64,000 nucleotides of DNA. Origin: Reyranella sp. (lineage in GTDB: Bacteria > Pseudomonadota > Alphaproteobacteria > Reyranellales > Reyranellaceae). Position 1 is the stretch's first letter. Every line of letters begins with the position of its first letter. The notes beneath the pieces are model-generated. The model ran no database searches. It was not told the origin of the DNA and saw only the letters and a list, made by a program, of their open reading frames with translations. Below, in pieces: positions 45,838 to 54,964 of this stretch. Position numbers and translations under genes: made by a program. The stretch covers positions 6,093 through 70,092 of the forward strand of contig NZ_SCVH01000097.1 of the NCBI RefSeq assembly GCF_004296935.1. Reading direction: 5' to 3'.

Positions 45838-46848
45838 ATGACCACACCACCGCTCAAGCTGCTGCTTTCCCAACATGCGCTCCGCACCTGGAGGCCGCGC
45901 ATCGAGGCTGCCATTCCGTCAGGCGGCCTTGCCTTCGTGACGGCGGAGGAGGCGGTCGCGGGCGACGGTCCCTGCGACGCCGATTTCGCCTTCATGACCC
46001 GCGAGGTGACGGGGAAGTCGAGCAAGAACAACCAGACGCCGGAACTGCGCGACTTCGAGATCGTGTTGCGCCGGTCGCCGAAGCTGCGCTGGCTGCAAAT
46101 CCACCCAGCCGGGGCGGAACGGCCGATCTATCGCGAGCTGCGCGACCGCGGCGTCAAGGTCACGACCGCGTCGGGGGCAACGGCGGTGACCGTCTCCCAT
46201 AGCGCGCTGGGCGCCGTGATTGCCCTCAACCGGCGCTTTCCGTTGCTGGCCGACGCGCAGCGGCGTCATGCCTGGGAGCCCCGACTCGGCGAGCGGGCGC
46301 CGCGCGATCTCGCGGGCCAATGCGCCGTGATCGTGGGTCTTGGCCCGATCGGCCGCAATATCGCGGCGCTGCTGAAGATGCTGGGCATGAAGGTGATTGG
46401 CGCCCGGCGCAGCCCCGAGCCGGTCGAGCCGTGCGACCGGACCGTCGCCTACGATCACCTGGCTGAGGTGCTGCCCGAGGCGGACTGGCTGATCCTGTGC
46501 TGCCCGGCCTCGCCGCTCACGCGCGGGATCGCCAATGCGGCGGCCTTCGCGGCGATGCCCGCCGGGGGCCACTTCGTCAATGTCGCGCGCGGCGAGATCG
46601 CCGTGGAGCGCGACGTCATCGCAGCTCTTGCGAGCGGCCATCTCGCCGGCGCCTACCTCGACGTGTTCGAACACGAGCCGCTCGATCCAGCGTCGCCGCT
46701 GTGGGACATGCCCAACGTCATCGTCTCGCCGCACACCGCCAGCCATTCGCTGGGACAGAACGAGGCGATCTTCGAGATCTTCCTCGACAATCTCGCGCGT
46801 TGGCGGAACGGCGAGAAACTGCGCAACGATGTCGACGAGCTTGGCTGA
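45838..46848 (+). CDS. D-isomer-specific 2-hydroxyacid dehydrogenase family protein
   Basis: NAD motif GLGPIGRNIA, then VNVARG and SPHTAS catalytic-region motifs. Start at ATG 45838 (MTTPPLK) is preferred over 45775. Confidence 0.8.
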   Translation: MTTPPLKLLLSQHALRTWRPRIEAAIPSGGLAFVTAEEAVAGDGPCDADFAFMTREVTGKSSKNNQTPELRDFEIVLRRSPKLRWLQIHPAGAERPIYRELRDRGVKVTTASGATAVTVSHSALGAVIALNRRFPLLADAQRRHAWEPRLGERAPRDLAGQCAVIVGLGPIGRNIAALLKMLGMKVIGARRSPEPVEPCDRTVAYDHLAEVLPEADWLILCCPASPLTRGIANAAAFAAMPAGGHFVNVARGEIAVERDVIAALASGHLAGAYLDVFEHEPLDPASPLWDMPNVIVSPHTASHSLGQNEAIFEIFLDNLARWRNGEKLRNDVDELG

Positions 46849-46979
46849 TACTGGGCTGATGGCCGGGCTGACTGGTCGAACGACATGCCGCCGCTCAGCG
46901 GCACCGGTCAGGTGCCCGCAGGTTGACGCATTGGAGCCACGCCGCCAACCTAGCCGCATAGAGGGGAAACGGACAGAAC

Positions 46980-47963
46980 ATGCAGATCGGCGTCATCGGC
47001 CTCGGACGAATGGGCGGCAATATCGTGCGACGGCTGACCAGGGCGGGGCATTCCTGTGCGATCTTCGACGCCAATCCCGCGGCGGGCGCCGCATTGGCGG
47101 GCAATGGCGTCACCGTCGCGGGCTCGGTGCCGGCGCTGGTCGAGGCATTGGGATCCGGTTCGCGCACGGTGTGGGTGATGCTGCCGGCGGGAAAGATCAC
47201 CGAGGACACCATCGCCGAACTCGGCGCCTTGATGAAGAGTGGCGATGTCATCATCGACGGCGGCAACACCAACTTCAAAGACGATGTCCGCCGCGCGCGT
47301 GAGCTCGCACCCAAGGGCATAAAATATCTCGATATCGGTACGTCGGGCGGTGTCTGGGGCCTGGCGCGCGGCTATTGCCTGATGATCGGCGGCGACGCCG
47401 AGACGGTGACCCGTCTCGATCCGATCTTTGCCGCCCTTGCACCTGGCCTTGGCGACATCGAACGCACGGAAGGCCGCGAGAAACTCGATCCGCGCGCCGA
47501 GCGCGGCTACATCCATGCCGGGCCGGTGGGGGCGGGGCATTTCGTAAAAATGATCCATAACGGCATCGAGTACGGCATGATGCAGGCCTTCGCCGAGGGC
47601 TTCGACATCATGCGCCACCGCGCCGACGACAAGCTGCCGGCCGACGAGCGCTACGACCTCAACCTGGGCGACATTGCCGAAGTGTGGCGGCGCGGCAGCG
47701 TCGTGACTTCGTGGCTGCTCGACCTCACGGCCAGCGCGCTTGCCAAGGACGCGCACCTGGAAAGCTTCTCCGGCCACGTCGAGGACAGCGGCGAGGGCCG
47801 CTGGACGATCGAGGCGGCCATCGAGGAGGCGGTACCGGCGGACGTGCTGGCTGCGTCCCTGTTCGTGCGCTTCCGCTCGCGCCAGCAGCACACGTTTGCG
47901 GAAAAAGTTCTGTCGGCGATGCGGCTGGGCTTCGGTGGCCACGTCGAAGCCCCCAAGAAATAG
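46980..47963 (+). CDS. gnd: 6-phosphogluconate dehydrogenase, decarboxylating (short YqeC/GndA-like form)
   Basis: [31 protein letters not shown] and [20 protein letters not shown] motifs. Confidence 0.88.
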   Translation: MQIGVIGLGRMGGNIVRRLTRAGHSCAIFDANPAAGAALAGNGVTVAGSVPALVEALGSGSRTVWVMLPAGKITEDTIAELGALMKSGDVIIDGGNTNFKDDVRRARELAPKGIKYLDIGTSGGVWGLARGYCLMIGGDAETVTRLDPIFAALAPGLGDIERTEGREKLDPRAERGYIHAGPVGAGHFVKMIHNGIEYGMMQAFAEGFDIMRHRADDKLPADERYDLNLGDIAEVWRRGSVVTSWLLDLTASALAKDAHLESFSGHVEDSGEGRWTIEAAIEEAVPADVLAASLFVRFRSRQQHTFAEKVLSAMRLGFGGHVEAPKK

Positions 47964-47971
47964 GAGTTTTC

Positions 47972-48817
47972 ATGCGCGTAGGTGTCTTCTACTTCCCGAC
48001 CGACTACGGCATCGACATCGCCGAACTCGCGCGTGCCCTCGAGGAGCGTGGCTTCGACTCGCTGTTCGTGCCCGAGCACACGCACATCCCCCTCAGCCGC
48101 AAGACACCCTTTCCAACGGGCGGCGAACTGCCCAAGCGCTATTCGCACACCCACGATCCGTTTGTCGGCCTCGCCTTCGCGGCGGCGGCAACCAGGAAGC
48201 TCAAGATCGGCACCGGCATCCTGTTGGTGCCCCAGCACGAGCCGATTGCCACGGCCAAGGCCATCGCCTCGCTCGACCAGCTCTCGGGCGGCCGCTTTGT
48301 CTTCGGCATCGGGGCTGGCTGGAACCAGGACGAGATGGAGAACCACGGCGTCGGCTACGCCACGCGCTACAAGCAGATGCGCGAACATGTGCTGGCGATG
48401 AAAGCGCTGTGGACCGAGGAGGCGGGGTCCTTCCACGGCGAGTTCGTGAACTTCGATCCGGCATGGTCGTGGCCCAAGCCCGCGCAGCGGCCGCATCCGC
48501 CGATCCTGCTGGGTGGAGAAACCGACCATACGCTGAAGCGCGTCGTCGACTATTGCGACGGCTGGTTCCCGCGCCCGCGCTCCGGCTTCGAGGCATCCAC
48601 CGCCGTCGATCGTTTGAAGCGTATGGCGGAGTCGGTGAAGCGCGATCCCGCGACACTCACGGTCACCGTATTCGGCGCACCGCCGGAAGCTGCTGCCCTG
48701 GCTGCTTACGAAAAAGCCGGGATTCCAAACGCCCTGTTGGCGATCCCCGACCTCGGCCGTGACGAGATCCTGCGCCATCTCGATACGATCGCGCCGCTGG
48801 CGAAAGCCCACGCATGA
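47972..48817 (+). CDS. LLM-class oxidoreductase, probably F420-dependent (Rv2161c-like)
   Basis: ERGFDSLFVPEHTHIP, SLDQLSGGRFVFGIGAGWNQDEMENHG and PHPPILLGG segments. Starts 9 nt after gnd. Paralogue of 49756..50607. Confidence 0.75.
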   Translation: MRVGVFYFPTDYGIDIAELARALEERGFDSLFVPEHTHIPLSRKTPFPTGGELPKRYSHTHDPFVGLAFAAAATRKLKIGTGILLVPQHEPIATAKAIASLDQLSGGRFVFGIGAGWNQDEMENHGVGYATRYKQMREHVLAMKALWTEEAGSFHGEFVNFDPAWSWPKPAQRPHPPILLGGETDHTLKRVVDYCDGWFPRPRSGFEASTAVDRLKRMAESVKRDPATLTVTVFGAPPEAAALAAYEKAGIPNALLAIPDLGRDEILRHLDTIAPLAKAHA

Positions 48818-49746
48818 AGGTCGCCGTCGGCCTCGGTCTGATGGAGTTTCCGTTTGCCGGGGCGGGCGACTACTGGCGCTGGGTCGATCTCTGCGAGGCG
48901 GGCGGTGTCGATTCCTTGTGGCAGACCGATCGGCTGGTCAGCCGCCAGCCGATCCTGGAATGCATGACGGCGGTGGCGGCCCTGGCCGGCCGCACGCGTC
49001 GGATGCGCTTCGGCATGAACGTGGTGTCGCTGGCGCTGCGCGATCCGGTGCTGCTGGCCAAGCAGTGCGCCACCGTCGATGTTCTCTCCGAGGGCCGTCT
49101 GCTGCCGGCCTTCGGTATCGGCAGCCCGCTCGGGCCGGAATGGCAGGCGCTCGACATCGATACAAAGACGCGTGGCCGCCGCACCGACGAAAGCTTGGAA
49201 ATCATCGCGCGGCTGTGGCGCGAGGAGAGCGTCGACTTCGCCGGCAAGTACTATCGCCTCTCGGGCGCGTCGATCTCGCCCCGGCCAGTACAGCCTGACC
49301 TCCCGATGTGGATCGGTGGTGCGTCGGATGCGGCGATCCGGCGAACGGCGCGTTACGGCACGGGCTGGCAGGGCGGCCCCGAGGGGCCGGCTGAAGCAGG
49401 CCGGGTCGTGGCCGCCATAAAGCTGGCCGCCGCCGAGGCCGGCCGTTCGATCGACGAGGATCATTACGGCGCGGCCTTTCCATTCTATTTCGGCAGTGCC
49501 TCCGACAGCGTCGTTTCAGGCGCCATGGCGGCCTATGCCAAGCGCACCAACCGCGATCCGGCGCGCTATTTCGCGATCGGCGACGAGACGGCGATCCTCG
49601 ACAGGGTTGCCGAGTATGTCGAGGTCGGCGTCCAGAAGTTCATCCTGCGGCCGGTGGGCGATGGCGCCAGCGTGCTCGCCCAGACGCGGCAACTGATCGA
49701 GAAAGTATTGCCGCGAGTCGGCGCGAAATGGCCGAAGGTAGCCTAG
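48814..49746 (+). CDS. LLM-class flavin/F420-dependent oxidoreductase
   Basis: Luciferase-like barrel pattern (VDSLWQTDRL, SEGRLLPAFGIG, MWIGGAS). ATGA overlap with the preceding gene. Confidence 0.7.
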   Translation: MKVAVGLGLMEFPFAGAGDYWRWVDLCEAGGVDSLWQTDRLVSRQPILECMTAVAALAGRTRRMRFGMNVVSLALRDPVLLAKQCATVDVLSEGRLLPAFGIGSPLGPEWQALDIDTKTRGRRTDESLEIIARLWREESVDFAGKYYRLSGASISPRPVQPDLPMWIGGASDAAIRRTARYGTGWQGGPEGPAEAGRVVAAIKLAAAEAGRSIDEDHYGAAFPFYFGSASDSVVSGAMAAYAKRTNRDPARYFAIGDETAILDRVAEYVEVGVQKFILRPVGDGASVLAQTRQLIEKVLPRVGAKWPKVA

Positions 49747-49755
49747 GAGGAAGCG

Positions 49756-50607
49756 ATGCACATCGGCGCGGCGATGTTCTTCACGGACTATTCCATGGCG
49801 CCCGGCGAACTCGGCAAGGCCCTGGAGGAGCGCGGCTTCGACTCGCTGTGGGCGCCCGAACATTCGCACATCCCGATGTCACGCAAGTCGCCCTTTCCGA
49901 GCGGCGGTGAGCTGCCGAAGAAATACTACGATGCGATGGACCCGTTCGTGACGCTGACCGCCGCGGCCGTCGCCACCAAGACCCTGAAGGTCGGCACCGG
50001 CATCTGCCTGATCGCCCAGCGCGATCCCATCCAGACGTCCAAGCAGGTCTCATCGATCGACCAGCTCTCCGGCGGGCGCTTCCTGTTCGGCGTCGGCAAT
50101 GGCTGGAACAGCGACGAGATGGAAAACCACGGCACCGTCTACAAGACCCGCCACAAGCTGGCGCGCGAGCGCATCGAGGCGATGAAGGAGATCTGGACCA
50201 AGTCCAAGGCCGAGTATCACGGCGAGCTGGTCAACTTCGATCCGATGATGAGCTGGCCCAAGCCGGTGCAGAAGCCCCATCCGCCGATCATCGTCGGTGG
50301 CGCCTTTCCCTATGGCGCGCGTCGGGCGCTGCGCTACGGCGACGGCTGGATGCCGCACCGCGTGCGCAAGACCTACGCCGACGTGAGTGCGCTGATCCCC
50401 AAGTTTCGCGAGATGGCCAAGGAAGCCGATCGCGACCCCGCTTCGGTGCCCGTCACCATCTGGGGCGCCAAGGAGGACGAGAGCCTGCTGAAGCGCGACC
50501 GCGACGACGGCGTAGAACGCATCATCGTCAGCCTCGATTCGGCCAAGGCCGACAAGATCCTTCCCGAACTCGACCGCTGGGCCAAGCTCCTGCGCGCGGT
50601 CGCCTAG
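49756..50607 (+). CDS. LLM-class oxidoreductase, probably F420-dependent (Rv2161c-like)
   Basis: Aligns by eye along its full length with 47972..48817 (ERGFDSLWAPEHSHIP, SIDQLSGGRFLFGVGNGWNSDEMENHG, PHPPIIVGG). Confidence 0.75.
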   Translation: MHIGAAMFFTDYSMAPGELGKALEERGFDSLWAPEHSHIPMSRKSPFPSGGELPKKYYDAMDPFVTLTAAAVATKTLKVGTGICLIAQRDPIQTSKQVSSIDQLSGGRFLFGVGNGWNSDEMENHGTVYKTRHKLARERIEAMKEIWTKSKAEYHGELVNFDPMMSWPKPVQKPHPPIIVGGAFPYGARRALRYGDGWMPHRVRKTYADVSALIPKFREMAKEADRDPASVPVTIWGAKEDESLLKRDRDDGVERIIVSLDSAKADKILPELDRWAKLLRAVA

Positions 50608-51557
50608 AGGAGCGGCAGCACCTCTTTCTTGAACTGCTGCATTTCGCCCAGCATCGCCTCGACGGTCGCGCCGCCAAAGCCGAAGTCGAGGCTGCCGACG
50701 CCCATGTCGCGGAGCGCCCGCATGTCGGCCGCGATCTCGGCCGGCTTGCCCGAGAACAGGCGCCGCTCGCCGTCACCGGCCTTGGGCGGGACCTTTTCGC
50801 CCAGTGCCGTGCAGCGGAAGGCAAGCCCCATGGCCTTGGGATCGCGCCCGGCCTCGGCCGTCATCTTGTGCAGGCGCGCGACCTGGGTCTTGAAGCGCGC
50901 CAGGCTGTCGAGCGGGTTGGCCGGGTTGGTGCCGATCGGATACCAGGCATCGCCGAGGCGCGCGGTGCGACGCAGCGCCGGCCCGCTTTCGCCGCCGACC
51001 CAGATCGGCGGATGGGGCTTCTGCACCGGCTTGTGCGAGAAGTCGATATTGTCGAAGGAGACATACTCGCCGGCAAAGCGCGGTCTCTCCTTGGTCCAGA
51101 GCTCGATGAAGGCCTTGATGTATTCGTCGGTGACCTTGCCGCGCTGGGTGAAATCGGGCGCGCCGATCGCCTCAAATTCCTCTTTTAGCCAGCCGACGCC
51201 GATGCCCACCGTCAGGCGGCCGCCCGACAGCACGTCGATAGTCGACAGCATCTTGGCGGTCAGGACCGCTGGGCGATGCGGCACCACCATCACCGAGGTC
51301 ACCAGCCTGAGGCGCGTCGTCTTGGCGGCGAGGAAGGCCACTTCGATCAGCTGCTCGTGGCGCTCGACGCGGGAACCGGCGGGGAATTCACCAGTTGCGC
51401 TGTAGGGATATTTTGCCTGGATATCGACCGGGATCACCACATGGTCGCTGAAGGTGGCGTAATCGAAGCCCAGCGCCTCGCCGGCTACCACCAGTCGCGT
51501 CAGGTGCTCGGGTGCCGCCAACAGCCCGGCGGTCGGCGCATTGAAGCCGATCAGCAT
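50604..51557 (-). CDS. LLM-class oxidoreductase, probably F420-dependent
   Basis: GFDYATFSDH, LSGGRLTVGIGVGWLKEEFEAIG and PHPPIWVGGES segments. Stop codon shares the CTAG tetranucleotide with the convergent gene. Confidence 0.75.
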   Translation of the reverse strand: MLIGFNAPTAGLLAAPEHLTRLVVAGEALGFDYATFSDHVVIPVDIQAKYPYSATGEFPAGSRVERHEQLIEVAFLAAKTTRLRLVTSVMVVPHRPAVLTAKMLSTIDVLSGGRLTVGIGVGWLKEEFEAIGAPDFTQRGKVTDEYIKAFIELWTKERPRFAGEYVSFDNIDFSHKPVQKPHPPIWVGGESGPALRRTARLGDAWYPIGTNPANPLDSLARFKTQVARLHKMTAEAGRDPKAMGLAFRCTALGEKVPPKAGDGERRLFSGKPAEIAADMRALRDMGVGSLDFGFGGATVEAMLGEMQQFKKEVLPLL

Positions 51558-51623
51558 CGTGTCATCCTCCCAATTGTGGCGGCCATACTACACGATGCGG
51601 TCGGAGGCGTTTGACGCTATGTT

Positions 51624-53969
51624 TTGCTCATGATGACGACGGGCGTTTCGTTGGCCGCATTGATGGCCGAGGCGGGCGAGCTGCGCGATCGCGGCCATGG
51701 CCGCTTGATTTCGTATTCGCGCAAGGTGTTCATTCCGCTCACCCACCTCTGCCGCGACGTCTGCCACTACTGCACCTTCGCTGAGCGGCCGCGCGCCGGT
51801 CAGCCGGCCTACCTCTCGCCCGACCAGGTTCTCGCCATCGCCCGCGCCGGCGCGGCCGCGGGCTGCACCGAGGCGCTGTTCACCCTGGGCGACAAGCCGG
51901 AGCTGCGCTACAGCGCGGCACGCGAGGCGCTGGCGGCGCTTGGTCACGAGACCACGATCGGCTACCTGACGGAAATGTGCGGCCGGGTGCTGCGCGAGAC
52001 CGGGTTGCTGCCGCATGCCAATCCCGGAGTCATGACGCGCGAGGAGATCGCGGGCCTGCGCGCGGTGACGGCGAGCCAGGGCATCATGCTCGAATCGACC
52101 AGCGAGCGGCTCTGCGAAAAAGGCGGCGTGCATTACGGCTCGCCCGACAAGCATCCGGCGGTACGGCTGGAGACCATCCGACTCGCGGGCGAACTGAAGG
52201 TGCCGTTCACCACCGGCATCCTGATCGGCATCGGCGAGACGCGCGACGAGCGTATGGAAGCGCTGACTGCCATTCGCGACCTGCATGCCGCGCACGGCCA
52301 CATCCAGGAAGTGATCGTCCAGAATTTCCGCGCCAAGCCCGACACCAAGTGGGCCGACGCCGACGAGCCCGATCTCCAGGACCTGCTGTGGACCATCGCC
52401 ATGGCCCGCAAGATTCTCGGGCCCGACATGAACCTCCAGGCGCCGCCCAATCTGTCGCCGGGCGTCTATCCGCGCCTGATTGCGGCGGGGCTGAACGACT
52501 GGGGCGGCATCTCGCCGGTGACGCCCGACCATGTGAACCCCGAAGCGCCGTGGCCTGCCATCGATGAACTGGCGCGGCGCAGCGCCGAACTGGGCAAGGT
52601 GTTGGTCAACCGCCTGCCGCTCTATCCCGCCTATGCCCGTGACCCCGACACCTGGCTTGCGCCCGAAGTCGCGACGCAGGTCCGGCGTATGAGCGACGCC
52701 GAGGGCCTCGCTCGCGACGACGACTGGTCGCCCGGCGAGACCACGCCGCCGCCCGCGCCGCGCGTCCTCGTGAGCGGCGTCGATTCCGCGATCGCTCGCG
52801 CCGTCGACCGCGCGACGTCGGGCGAGCGCCTCGATCCGCCGGAGATCGTGCGCTTGTTCGCGGCCCGCGACGCCGACTATCGCCACGTCACGGGCGCCGC
52901 CAATGCGCTGCGTCAGGCGGTCAGCGGCGAGGTCATACGCTACGTCGTCAACCGCAACATCAACTACACCAACATCTGTTATTTCCGCTGCAAGTTCTGC
53001 GCCTTCTCCAAGGGTCGCACGCACGAGGACCTGCGTGGCGCGCCCTACGATCTGGCGCTCGACGAAGTGAAGCGGCGCGCCGTAGAAGCCTGGGAGCGTG
53101 GCGCCACCGAAGTCTGCATGCAGGGCGGCATCCATCCCGACTATACGGGCGAGACCTATGTCGCGATCTGCAAGGCGATCAAGGAAGCGGTGCCGGGCAT
53201 GCACATCCACGCCTTCTCGGCGCTGGAAGTGACCCAGGGTGCGGCGACGCTGAAACAGCCCATTCCTGAATTCCTCGCCAGCCTGCAGCAGGCCGGCCTC
53301 GGCACCCTGCCGGGCACGGCGGCGGAAATCCTCGACGACGAGGTCCGCGCCATCATCTGCCCGGACAAGATCAACACCGCCGAGTGGCTGGGCGTGCAGC
53401 GCGCCGCGCACGGGCTCGGACTGCGCACGACTTCGACCATCATGTACGGCCACGTCGAGACGCCGCTTTCCTGGACGCGGCATCTGCTGGCGCTGCGCGA
53501 TTTGCAGAGCGAGACCGGCGGCTTCACCGAATTCGTGCCGCTGCCGTTCGTGCACATGGAAGCGCCGATGTACCGGCAGGGCCGCGCCCGCCGCGGGCCG
53601 ACCTTCCGCGAGGCGGTGATCATGCATTCCGTCGCGCGCCTGGCGCTGCACCCGGTGATCCCCAACATCCAGACCTCGTGGGTCAAGATGGGCCCGGCCG
53701 GTGCCGCGATCTGCCTGGAGGCGGGCGCCAACGATCTCGGCGGCACCCTGATGAACGAGAGCATCTCGCGCGCGGCCGGCACGCAGCATGGCCAGGAATT
53801 CCCGCCCGACGCCATGGAGGCGCTGATCCGCTCGATCGGCCGCACCCCGCAGCAGCGCGACACGCTCTATCGCACTGTCCCGGAGGAGCGCCGCGCGGCG
53901 TCGCTGGTCGCCGCCGACCTCGCGCCGCTCGTGCTTACGCCGCCCCGCAAGCGGGCCGCCGCGGCTTAG
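51624..53969 (+). CDS. fbiC: bifunctional FO synthase (7,8-didemethyl-8-hydroxy-5-deazariboflavin synthase, CofG+CofH fusion)
   Basis: 781 aa with two radical-SAM CxxxCxxC motifs (CRDVCHYCTF and CYFRCKFCAF), one in each half, as in FbiC. Confidence 0.92.
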   Translation: MLMMTTGVSLAALMAEAGELRDRGHGRLISYSRKVFIPLTHLCRDVCHYCTFAERPRAGQPAYLSPDQVLAIARAGAAAGCTEALFTLGDKPELRYSAAREALAALGHETTIGYLTEMCGRVLRETGLLPHANPGVMTREEIAGLRAVTASQGIMLESTSERLCEKGGVHYGSPDKHPAVRLETIRLAGELKVPFTTGILIGIGETRDERMEALTAIRDLHAAHGHIQEVIVQNFRAKPDTKWADADEPDLQDLLWTIAMARKILGPDMNLQAPPNLSPGVYPRLIAAGLNDWGGISPVTPDHVNPEAPWPAIDELARRSAELGKVLVNRLPLYPAYARDPDTWLAPEVATQVRRMSDAEGLARDDDWSPGETTPPPAPRVLVSGVDSAIARAVDRATSGERLDPPEIVRLFAARDADYRHVTGAANALRQAVSGEVIRYVVNRNINYTNICYFRCKFCAFSKGRTHEDLRGAPYDLALDEVKRRAVEAWERGATEVCMQGGIHPDYTGETYVAICKAIKEAVPGMHIHAFSALEVTQGAATLKQPIPEFLASLQQAGLGTLPGTAAEILDDEVRAIICPDKINTAEWLGVQRAAHGLGLRTTSTIMYGHVETPLSWTRHLLALRDLQSETGGFTEFVPLPFVHMEAPMYRQGRARRGPTFREAVIMHSVARLALHPVIPNIQTSWVKMGPAGAAICLEAGANDLGGTLMNESISRAAGTQHGQEFPPDAMEALIRSIGRTPQQRDTLYRTVPEERRAASLVAADLAPLVLTPPRKRAAAA

Positions 53970-53979
53970 GCCATTCGAA

Positions 53980-54008
53980 TTTGCAAGTTCAGCCGGTTTC
54001 GGCTATGT
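53980..54008 (+). promoter_or_regulatory. sigma70-type promoter of module B (TTGCAA-17 nt-TATGTT)
   Basis: Hexamers and 17-nt spacing are conserved with copy A. Confidence 0.5.
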
Positions 54009-54014
54009 TTTTCG

Positions 54015-54078
54015 CTATATTGGGCGCGCTGCGAGCCTGATGATCGAACGCCCGACGGATCCTTCCGCCGGGCGTTTT
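54015..54078 (+). ncRNA. candidate small RNA (about 64 nt) ending in an intrinsic terminator
   Basis: Terminator CGCCCG...CGGGCG with inner stem CGG/CCG, followed by TTTTT (54074-54078). Same predicted length as copy A, but the body sequence is diverged. Confidence 0.4.
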
Positions 54079-54277
54079 TCGTGGTCCACAAATGGTCCAC
54101 TTCGGCGATCTTTTTCAGACATTCATCCCGGCAAGCGGCGGGTGCCGGTGGCACAGTTTATCGGGGGGCGATTGCCCTGCGGGACCAAGGCCTTGAGGCT
54201 GGTTCATGGCACAGGTCGATGGACACGTCGTGGCACAACGAGGTGTGCCAGAAAATGGCCATTCCCGCCGTGCGCGC

Positions 54278-54964
54278 CTAGCCGATTCCCCGGTCCACCA
54301 GCAGTCGGGGGATGCCGGCCTCTTCGAGGAAGGCCCGCGTGCGGGTGCCGGCCGACTGCGGCAGGCGGAGGAAGGCGGCGAGGTCGGCGGGGTGGTCGAT
54401 GTCCATGGCAATACCCGGCTGGCGGATCACCGTCGGCTCGATGCCCGCGCGCCGCGCCGCCTCGAGATGCGGGAAGTAGCTGTTCTCGCCGAAACGCAGC
54501 GGCACGGCATCCGGTGGCGAGCAGATGACGGCGTTGGAGCCGAGATCGTCATGCGCCGGCGAGATGGTGAAGGAGGGAGCGCGAAGATGCGACGCCAGCA
54601 CCGCGTCGATCTCGGCCGAAGTAGCGGCGGGAATGTCGCCGGGAAGCGTGATCATGCCGCCGCGACCTTCGCGGGCGAGCAGGCGGAGGCCTGCCGTGAC
54701 GCTGCCGGTGTGGCCGTCGCGGGCGCCGTCGGTCACCACGCGCGCGCCGAGGCGCGAGGCCAGCGCCGTCGTCTGCGGGTCGAGGGTGACGACCATGATG
54801 CCGGCGAGGCCGCGCGCGCCGGCCACGGCGTCCAGTACCTCGCCCACCATGACTTCGATTAGCGCGCGGCGCTGGGCGGGTGAGAGCAGGGGGGCGAGCC
54901 GCTGCTTGGCGCCATCCAGTTCCTTGACGGGCACGACCGCCCAGATGTCGGCCGACGCGCTCAC
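54278..54964 (-). CDS. cofC: 2-phospho-L-lactate / phosphoenolpyruvate guanylyltransferase (F420 biosynthesis)
   Basis: IWAVVPVKELDGAKQRL N-terminus and MITLPGDIP motif of CofC/FbiD. GTG start at 54964 overlaps the cofD stop (GTGA). It is the last gene of the fgd-cofE-cofD-cofC operon. Confidence 0.85.
   Translation of the reverse strand: MSASADIWAVVPVKELDGAKQRLAPLLSPAQRRALIEVMVGEVLDAVAGARGLAGIMVVTLDPQTTALASRLGARVVTDGARDGHTGSVTAGLRLLAREGRGGMITLPGDIPAATSAEIDAVLASHLRAPSFTISPAHDDLGSNAVICSPPDAVPLRFGENSYFPHLEAARRAGIEPTVIRQPGIAMDIDHPADLAAFLRLPQSAGTRTRAFLEEAGIPRLLVDRGIG

Larger units (their letters stand above)
53977..54262 (+). repeat. non-coding intergenic module, copy B (paralogue of 21378-21664)
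   Basis: Same block order and identical block offsets as copy A. Fills the convergent gap between fbiC and cofC. Confidence 0.85.

Noticed and set aside
51600-51625. TTGACG hexamer upstream of fbiC as its -35 element.
   Set aside because: With 17-nt spacing the -10 would fall on the annotated start codons and has no good TATAAT match. The fbiC start (51624 versus later in-frame ATGs) is itself uncertain, so no promoter call is justified.
21378-54262. The two modules as direct repeats (attL/attR) bounding a 32.6-kb genomic island.
   Set aside because: The copies are heavily diverged rather than sharing an identical core. No integrase, excisionase, transposase or conjugation gene lies between them. 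The F420/LLM cluster continues on both sides of copy B. The enclosed genes look like ordinary chromosomal genes.
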